This document shows, one piece after another, positions 58,035 to 62,714 of a stretch of 62,714 bases of DNA. A model generated the notes under the pieces. That model did no database searches. It had not been told where the DNA came from and saw nothing but the letters and a program-made list of their open reading frames with translations. The stretch is from Labilithrix sp. Lineage in GTDB: Bacteria; Myxococcota_A; Polyangia; Polyangiales; Polyangiaceae. The DNA lies in NCBI GenBank assembly GCA_019637175.1, contig JAHBWD010000010.1, positions 1-62,714 of the forward strand. Direction: 5' to 3'. The translations under genes were made by a program, and so were the position numbers. Within the stretch, counting starts at the first letter, position 1, and each line of letters opens with the position of its first letter.

Positions 58035-59600
58035 ATGTCCAGGACCCGAAGCCCTCGGGACGATAGAATCGGTCGCGTGCCCCGATACGCGACCGCTCCT
58101 TCGCGCGCGCTGACCGTCCTCCTCGCGTGCATCCTCGCGGTGATGGCCTCCTCGTGCCGCGCGCCGAAGCCGAGCGGCGGCGGATTGGCGCGCATCCGCG
58201 CCGCAGGCGTCCTGAAGTGGGGCGGCGACATCCAGGGCGGCGAGCCGTACGTCTATCCCGATCCCGCGAGCCCCGAGAAGCTGATCGGGTTCGAGGTCGA
58301 TCTCGCCGAAGCGCTCGCGCGCGAGCTCGGCGTGCGCGCGGAGCTCGTGCAGAACGACTGGTCGAACCTCGTCCCCTCGCTCGAGCGAGGGACGTTCGAC
58401 GTCGTGATGAACGGGCTCGAGGTGACCGAGGCGCGCGCGGGGCGCGTGCTCTTCACGCGGCCGTATTACGTCTTCGCCGAGCGCCTGATGGCGCGGCGCG
58501 GCGACGACACCATCAAGGCCGATCTCGCCTCGCTCGAGGGGCGTCGCGTGGGCACGCTCGCGAACAGCCTCGCGTTCGAGATGCTGCGCGGCCGCGCCGA
58601 GACCGTGCTCTACGAAGGCGTCGAGGAGCCGTACGCCGATCTGCTCTCGAAGCGGACCGACGCCGTGCTCCTCGACGACATCATCGCGACGCGCTACGGC
58701 GCGCCGAAGGAGGGCCTCGCGACCGTCGGCGATCTGCGCGACGGGTACTACGCGATCGCCGTCCGCCCGAGCGATCCCGACGTCAAGGAGGCGCTCGACG
58801 AGGCGCTCGAGAAGATCGCGAAGCGCGGCGAGCTCCGCGCGATCCTCGACAAGGGCCGCTTGTGGAACGATCGCCAGGCGCGCCTCCTCACGTGGAGCGA
58901 GGCCGATCAGGCGCAGATGCTCGGCAAGCCGCCGCCGCCTCCGGCGCTCGGCCCGCAGCACGTCGGCCTCTTCCTCAAGGGCGCGGGGATCACGCTCGTC
59001 GTGTCGGCCCTCGCGATGGCGATCGCGATCCCGCTCGGCCTCGCGCTCTCGCTCTTGCGGGTGTACGGCGGCGGCCTCTCACGACGTGCGGCGGGCGCCT
59101 ACATCGAGATCTATCGAGGAACGCCGGTCCTCCTCCAGCTCTACCTCCTCTATTACGGCCTCGCCCCCGTGCTGAAGCTCGACGCGCTCACGGCGGCGGT
59201 CATCGGCCTCGGGATGAACTACGCCGCGTACGAGGCGGAGGTCTATCGCGCGGGCATGCAGGCGGTGCCGAAGGCGCAGATGGAGGCCGCCCTCTCGCTC
59301 GGGATGACGACGGGCCTCGCGCTCCGTCGCGTGATCGTGCCGCAGGCGGTGCGCTTCGCGATCCCGAACGTCACCAATGACTTCATCGCGCTCTTGAAAG
59401 ACAGCTCGCTCGTGAGCGTCATCACGGTGGTCGAGCTCACCAAGCAGATGACCATCACGGCCGTCGACGTGAGATCGTGGCTCGGCCCCGGGCTCGCGTG
59501 CGCCGCGCTCTACTTCGCGATGAGCTACCCGCTCGGCGTGCTCGCGAGGCGGCTCGAGCGAAAGCTCGACGGCGAGCGCGATCGCGAGGGTGAGGCATGA
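58035..59600 (+). CDS. polar amino-acid ABC transporter, fused periplasmic substrate-binding domain + permease
   Basis: Signal plus lipobox-like MASSC. SBP family-3 features (GFEVDLAEALARELG, ...NGLEVTEAR...). C-terminal permease with EAA-like loop (...AALSLGMTTGLALRRVIVPQAVR...). Confidence 0.8.
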   Translation: MSRTRSPRDDRIGRVPRYATAPSRALTVLLACILAVMASSCRAPKPSGGGLARIRAAGVLKWGGDIQGGEPYVYPDPASPEKLIGFEVDLAEALARELGVRAELVQNDWSNLVPSLERGTFDVVMNGLEVTEARAGRVLFTRPYYVFAERLMARRGDDTIKADLASLEGRRVGTLANSLAFEMLRGRAETVLYEGVEEPYADLLSKRTDAVLLDDIIATRYGAPKEGLATVGDLRDGYYAIAVRPSDPDVKEALDEALEKIAKRGELRAILDKGRLWNDRQARLLTWSEADQAQMLGKPPPPPALGPQHVGLFLKGAGITLVVSALAMAIAIPLGLALSLLRVYGGGLSRRAAGAYIEIYRGTPVLLQLYLLYYGLAPVLKLDALTAAVIGLGMNYAAYEAEVYRAGMQAVPKAQMEAALSLGMTTGLALRRVIVPQAVRFAIPNVTNDFIALLKDSSLVSVITVVELTKQMTITAVDVRSWLGPGLACAALYFAMSYPLGVLARRLERKLDGERDREGEA

Positions 59601-60274
59601 TCACCGTCGAGAAGGTCTCGAAGCGACGCGGCAGCCGCGTCATCCTGAACGAGGTCTCCGTGACCTTCGAGCGCGGCAAGGTCACGTCGGTCGCCGGCTC
59701 CTCGGGCAGCGGCAAGACGACGCTCCTCCGCTGCATCAACGGCCTCGAGCGCTTCGACACGGGAACGATCCGCGTCGGCGATCACGAGATCGCGCCGCTC
59801 GCGACGGGCGCGGCCGAGCGCAAGACGGCGGAGACGCTCCGGCGCGTGCGGCTCGAGGTGGGCATGGTCTTCCAGCAGTACGGCCTCTTCTCCCACATGA
59901 CCGCCCTCGGCAACGTGATGGAGGCGCCGATCCACGTCAAAGGCGTCGCCGAGCGTCAGGCGCGCGAGCGCGCAGAGGCGCTCCTCGATCAGGTCGGCCT
60001 CTCGCACCGGCGGGGCGCGTTCCCGCGCGAGCTCTCCGGAGGCGAGCAGCAGCGCGTCGCGATCGCGCGCGCGCTCGCGATGGAGCCGAAGGCGCTCCTG
60101 CTCGACGAGCCGACGGCCGCGCTCGATCCGGAGCGCAAGGCCGAGATCGTCAAGGTGCTCGAGCGCCTCGCGAAGGCGGGCACGACCATGGTGATCGTCA
60201 CGCACGAGCCCGCGGTCGTGCAGGGCGTGGCCGATCGCGCGATCGTCCTCGCCCGAGGTCGCCTCGAGGCTTGA
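59597..60274 (+). CDS. amino-acid ABC transporter ATP-binding protein
   Basis: ATGA overlap. Walker A GSSGSGKTT, signature LSGGEQQRVAIARAL, Walker B LLLDEPTAALD, H-loop VTHE. Confidence 0.9.
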   Translation: MITVEKVSKRRGSRVILNEVSVTFERGKVTSVAGSSGSGKTTLLRCINGLERFDTGTIRVGDHEIAPLATGAAERKTAETLRRVRLEVGMVFQQYGLFSHMTALGNVMEAPIHVKGVAERQARERAEALLDQVGLSHRRGAFPRELSGGEQQRVAIARALAMEPKALLLDEPTAALDPERKAEIVKVLERLAKAGTTMVIVTHEPAVVQGVADRAIVLARGRLEA

Positions 60275-60536
60275 GCGCGAGCCTTCGAGCGCGGCGTCGT
60301 GCCGTCTGGCCAACCGGCACGATCGGCCGCACCTTGCGAGGCGATGATGGCGCGACCTGCCGACATCTGGGGCCTGCTCATGATCGCCGCGGCGAGCTTC
60401 GCCGCGTTCGCGCTCCTCGCGGTGAGCGCGTTCTCGCTCTGGCGCCAGCGGGCGCGCGCCCGCTGAGCGCGTCGGAAGAGGCCGATCGAACGGCGCCCAG
60501 ATTTCCCCGATCCCCGATATCATGACGTAACCATCG

Positions 60537-62714
60537 GTGGACGCCGGGACCGTCATCGGGCAACGCTTCGAGATCGAGCGGCGCGTGAGCGCAGGCGGCA
60601 TGTCCGCCGTGTTCCGTGCGGTCGATCTGCGGCTCGGCGGCGTGGTCGCGGTGAAGGTGCTCTACGGCCGCGACGCGGGTGAGCACAGAGAGCGCCTCTA
60701 CCGCGAAGCGCGCATCCTCGAGAAGCTCAGTCACCCTGGCATCGTCAAGCACGTCGGCCACGGCGAGACGGAGCGCGGCGAGCCCTTCCTCGCCATGGAG
60801 TGGATCAGCGGCGAGACGCTCGGCAAGCGCCTCGCGCGCACCGGCCTCACGATGGGCGAGGCCGTTCGCATGGTCACGCGCGTCGCCGAGACGCTCGCGG
60901 TCGCTCACTCGAAGGGCATCATCCACCGCGACATCAAGCCGGGCAATTTGATCCTGCGCGATCAAGACGTCGAGCGGCCCGCGCTCATCGACTTCGGCAT
61001 CGCGCGCATGGGTCTCGGCGCGAGCGCGATCACGAACACCGGCGTCATGCTCGGCACGCTCGGCTACATGGCGCCCGAGCAGGCGCGCGGCACCAAGCAG
61101 CTCGACGCGCGCGCCGACGTCTTCGCGCTCGGCAGCGTCCTCTTCAAGTGCATCACCGGTCTGCCCGCGTTCGCCGGAGAAGACGAGATCGCGATCCTCG
61201 CGAAGATGCTCTTCGAGGCGCCGCCGCGCGTCCGCGACATCCGCAAAGACGTCCCGCCCGCGCTCGACGAGCTGCTCGCGCGCATGCTCTCGCGCGATCC
61301 GCTCCAGCGACCGACCGACGGAGGCGTCGTGGCCGCCGAGCTCGCCGCGCTCGGGCCGCTCGACAACGCAGGCACGCTCCAGACGCGCGAGACCTCGACG
61401 CACGCCGACGTCATCACGCGCGGCGAGCAGCGCCTCGTGAGCGTCGTCGCCGTCGCCTCCCACCAGGCGGAGGACGACGAGGAGTCGACGATCGTAGACG
61501 GCACGTGGCAGGGCATGAAGTCGCTCTCGGGCCGACTTCGCGCCGCGATCCAACCTTTCGGCGCGCAGCTCGAGTCGATGGCGAGCGGCATGATCGTCGT
61601 CACCCTCCCCGGCCGCCACAGCGCGACCGACCAAGCGACCCGCGCGGCGCGCTGCGTCCTCGCGATGCGCGCCGCGGCGCCGAACGTCCCGATGGTGCTC
61701 GCGACCGGGCGCGCGGTGCTCGAAGAGCGCCTGCCGATCGGCGACGCCGTCGATCGCGCCATCCGCATGCTCAAGGCCCACCAGGCCGACGACGTCGCGT
61801 ACCTCGCTTCGGGCAAGAAGCACCCGATCCACGTCGACGAGGTCACGGCGGGCCTCCTCGACTCGCGCTTCACCGTGCGCGGCGACGGCAGCGGCCTCGA
61901 GCTCGTGGGCGAGCAGGCCGCGGCCGACGCGGGCCGCATGCTCCTCGGCAAGCCCACGCCGTGCGTGGGCCGAGAGCGCGAGCTCGTCATGCTCGAAGGC
62001 TACTTCGCCGAGTGCGTCGCCGACGACGTCGCGCGCGTCGTGCTCGTCACCGCGCCCGCGGGCGTCGGCAAGTCGCGCCTTCGGTACGAGCTCTTGCGCA
62101 TGCTCCGCCATCGCGGCGATCCCCACGAGGTGTGGACGAGCCGCGGCGATCCGATGCGCGCGGGATCTCCGTTCGGCTTGCTCGCGCAGGTGATCCGATC
62201 GGCCGCCGGCGCGCAAGACGGCGAGCCGCCGCGCGTCCAGCGAGAGAAGATCCGCGCGCGCGTCGCGCGACACGTCAACCAGCGCGACAGCGCGCGCGTG
62301 ACGCAGTTCCTCGCCGAGATCCTCGGCGTCTCGATGCCCGAGGAAGACGACGTGCAGCTCCGCGCGGCGCGCCACGATCCGATCCTCATGGGCGACCAGA
62401 TGCGCCGCGCGTTCGAGGACTGGCTCGGCGCGGAGTGCGAAGGCGGGCCCGTCGTGCTCGTGCTCGAAGATCTCCACTGGGGCGACCTGCCGAGCGTGAA
62501 GTTCGTCGACTCCGCGCTGCGCACCCTCACCGACAAGCCGCTCATGGTGCTGGCCCTCGCGCGGCCCGAGGTCAAAGATCTCTTCCCCGACATCTTCGCC
62601 GAGCGCGGCGTGCAGGAGCTGCGCCTGAAGGAGCTGTCGAAGAAGGCGAGCGAGAAGCTCGTGCGGCAGGTGCTCGGCGAGTCGACGACCGAAGACGTCG
62701 TCAACCAGATCGTC
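60537..62714 (+). CDS. multidomain Ser/Thr kinase: kinase + adenylyl/guanylyl-cyclase-like domain + AAA+/NTPase region; 3' end runs off the window
   Basis: Absent from the ORF track because there is no stop in the window. GTG at 60537. SAGGMSAVFRA, AVK, HRDIKPGNLIL, DFGIAR, GTLGYMAPE. Then a cyclase-homology-like segment and P-loop VLVTAPAGVGKSR. The antisense 699-aa ORF was rejected. Confidence 0.75.
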   Translation, partial: MDAGTVIGQRFEIERRVSAGGMSAVFRAVDLRLGGVVAVKVLYGRDAGEHRERLYREARILEKLSHPGIVKHVGHGETERGEPFLAMEWISGETLGKRLARTGLTMGEAVRMVTRVAETLAVAHSKGIIHRDIKPGNLILRDQDVERPALIDFGIARMGLGASAITNTGVMLGTLGYMAPEQARGTKQLDARADVFALGSVLFKCITGLPAFAGEDEIAILAKMLFEAPPRVRDIRKDVPPALDELLARMLSRDPLQRPTDGGVVAAELAALGPLDNAGTLQTRETSTHADVITRGEQRLVSVVAVASHQAEDDEESTIVDGTWQGMKSLSGRLRAAIQPFGAQLESMASGMIVVTLPGRHSATDQATRAARCVLAMRAAAPNVPMVLATGRAVLEERLPIGDAVDRAIRMLKAHQADDVAYLASGKKHPIHVDEVTAGLLDSRFTVRGDGSGLELVGEQAAADAGRMLLGKPTPCVGRERELVMLEGYFAECVADDVARVVLVTAPAGVGKSRLRYELLRMLRHRGDPHEVWTSRGDPMRAGSPFGLLAQVIRSAAGAQDGEPPRVQREKIRARVARHVNQRDSARVTQFLAEILGVSMPEEDDVQLRAARHDPILMGDQMRRAFEDWLGAECEGGPVVLVLEDLHWGDLPSVKFVDSALRTLTDKPLMVLALARPEVKDLFPDIFAERGVQELRLKELSKKASEKLVRQVLGESTTEDVVNQIV

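Noticed and set aside
60343-60465. 40-aa hydrophobic ORF (MMARPADIWGLLMIAAASFAAFALLAVSAFSLWRQRARAR) between the ABC ATPase and the kinase
   Set aside because: No convincing ribosome-binding site, and very short. Could be real but evidence is insufficient, so left uncalled.
60378-62477. 699-aa minus-strand ORF at the window end
   Set aside because: Antisense to a plus-strand frame carrying canonical Hanks-kinase motifs (HRDIKPGNLIL, DFGIAR, GTLGYMAPE) that runs off the window and is therefore missing from the ORF track.

Overview
This is a high-GC (about 70%) bacterial chromosomal segment. The mix of Ser/Thr kinases, many lipoproteins, TSP3-like Ca-binding repeats and an FGE-domain/kinase operon suggests a myxobacterium (Sorangiineae-like), but that is inference only. 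I read both strands by eye. Coding density is high. Genes were called from recognisable protein motifs in the ORF-track translations, from start/stop coupling (ATGA/GTGA overlaps) and from SD-like GGAGG boxes. Long Arg/Ser/Pro-rich ORFs antisense to clear genes were treated as wrong-frame artefacts. No searches or computations were run. Starts are approximate, and any family named from memory needs a profile search.

Housekeeping content:
- the 3' part of a tRNA-Leu(UAA) at the window edge;
- a HAL/PAL-family ammonia-lyase next to a histidine kinase;
- a molybdenum-cofactor cluster (moeA, moaC, moaE, moaD, moaB, moaA);
- surE and apt;
- a pntAA-pntAB-pntB transhydrogenase operon;
- pepQ, msrB and pgsA;
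- an EpmA-like EF-P lysyl ligase;
- a polar amino-acid ABC transporter;
- a prolyl oligopeptidase, a TAT/lipobox intradiol dioxygenase and a MutS-domain-V ATPase;
- several TetR regulators and Ser/Thr kinases.

The accessory-looking block runs from about 8.4 to 28.7 kb. It contains:
- two roughly 1,160-aa paralogous lipoproteins with alpha/beta-hydrolase motifs (HG, then GxSxG) and TSP3-like Ca-binding repeats;
- a bacterial serpin 40 nt upstream of the second paralog, with a 27-bp in-frame tandem duplication in its lipoprotein signal and 13-bp tandem repeats in its promoter;
- a translationally coupled four-gene tail that begins 4 nt after the second paralog's stop.

That tail is a methyltransferase-like / transglutaminase-like (lasso-B2-type PF13471 motif) fusion, a stand-alone biotinyl/lipoyl-carrier domain, a PLP ACC-deaminase/D-Cys-desulfhydrase-family enzyme and a CPBP (CAAX-type) intramembrane protease. 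I could not match this gene set to a described system. It is my best candidate for an uncharacterised secreted-hydrolase/inhibitor plus modification/processing module.

Other notable items:
- an orphan FliQ/SctS-family export-apparatus protein right after a Cys-rich mini-lipoprotein;
- an 811-aa lipoprotein with a GHGQG elbow where GHSQG would be expected, i.e. a possible pseudo-hydrolase, that shares a Cys module with that mini-lipoprotein;
- a GTGA-coupled kinase / secreted protein / FGE-domain lipoprotein operon;
- a perfect 12-bp-stem hairpin between convergent genes.

I found no CRISPR array, transposase or integrase.
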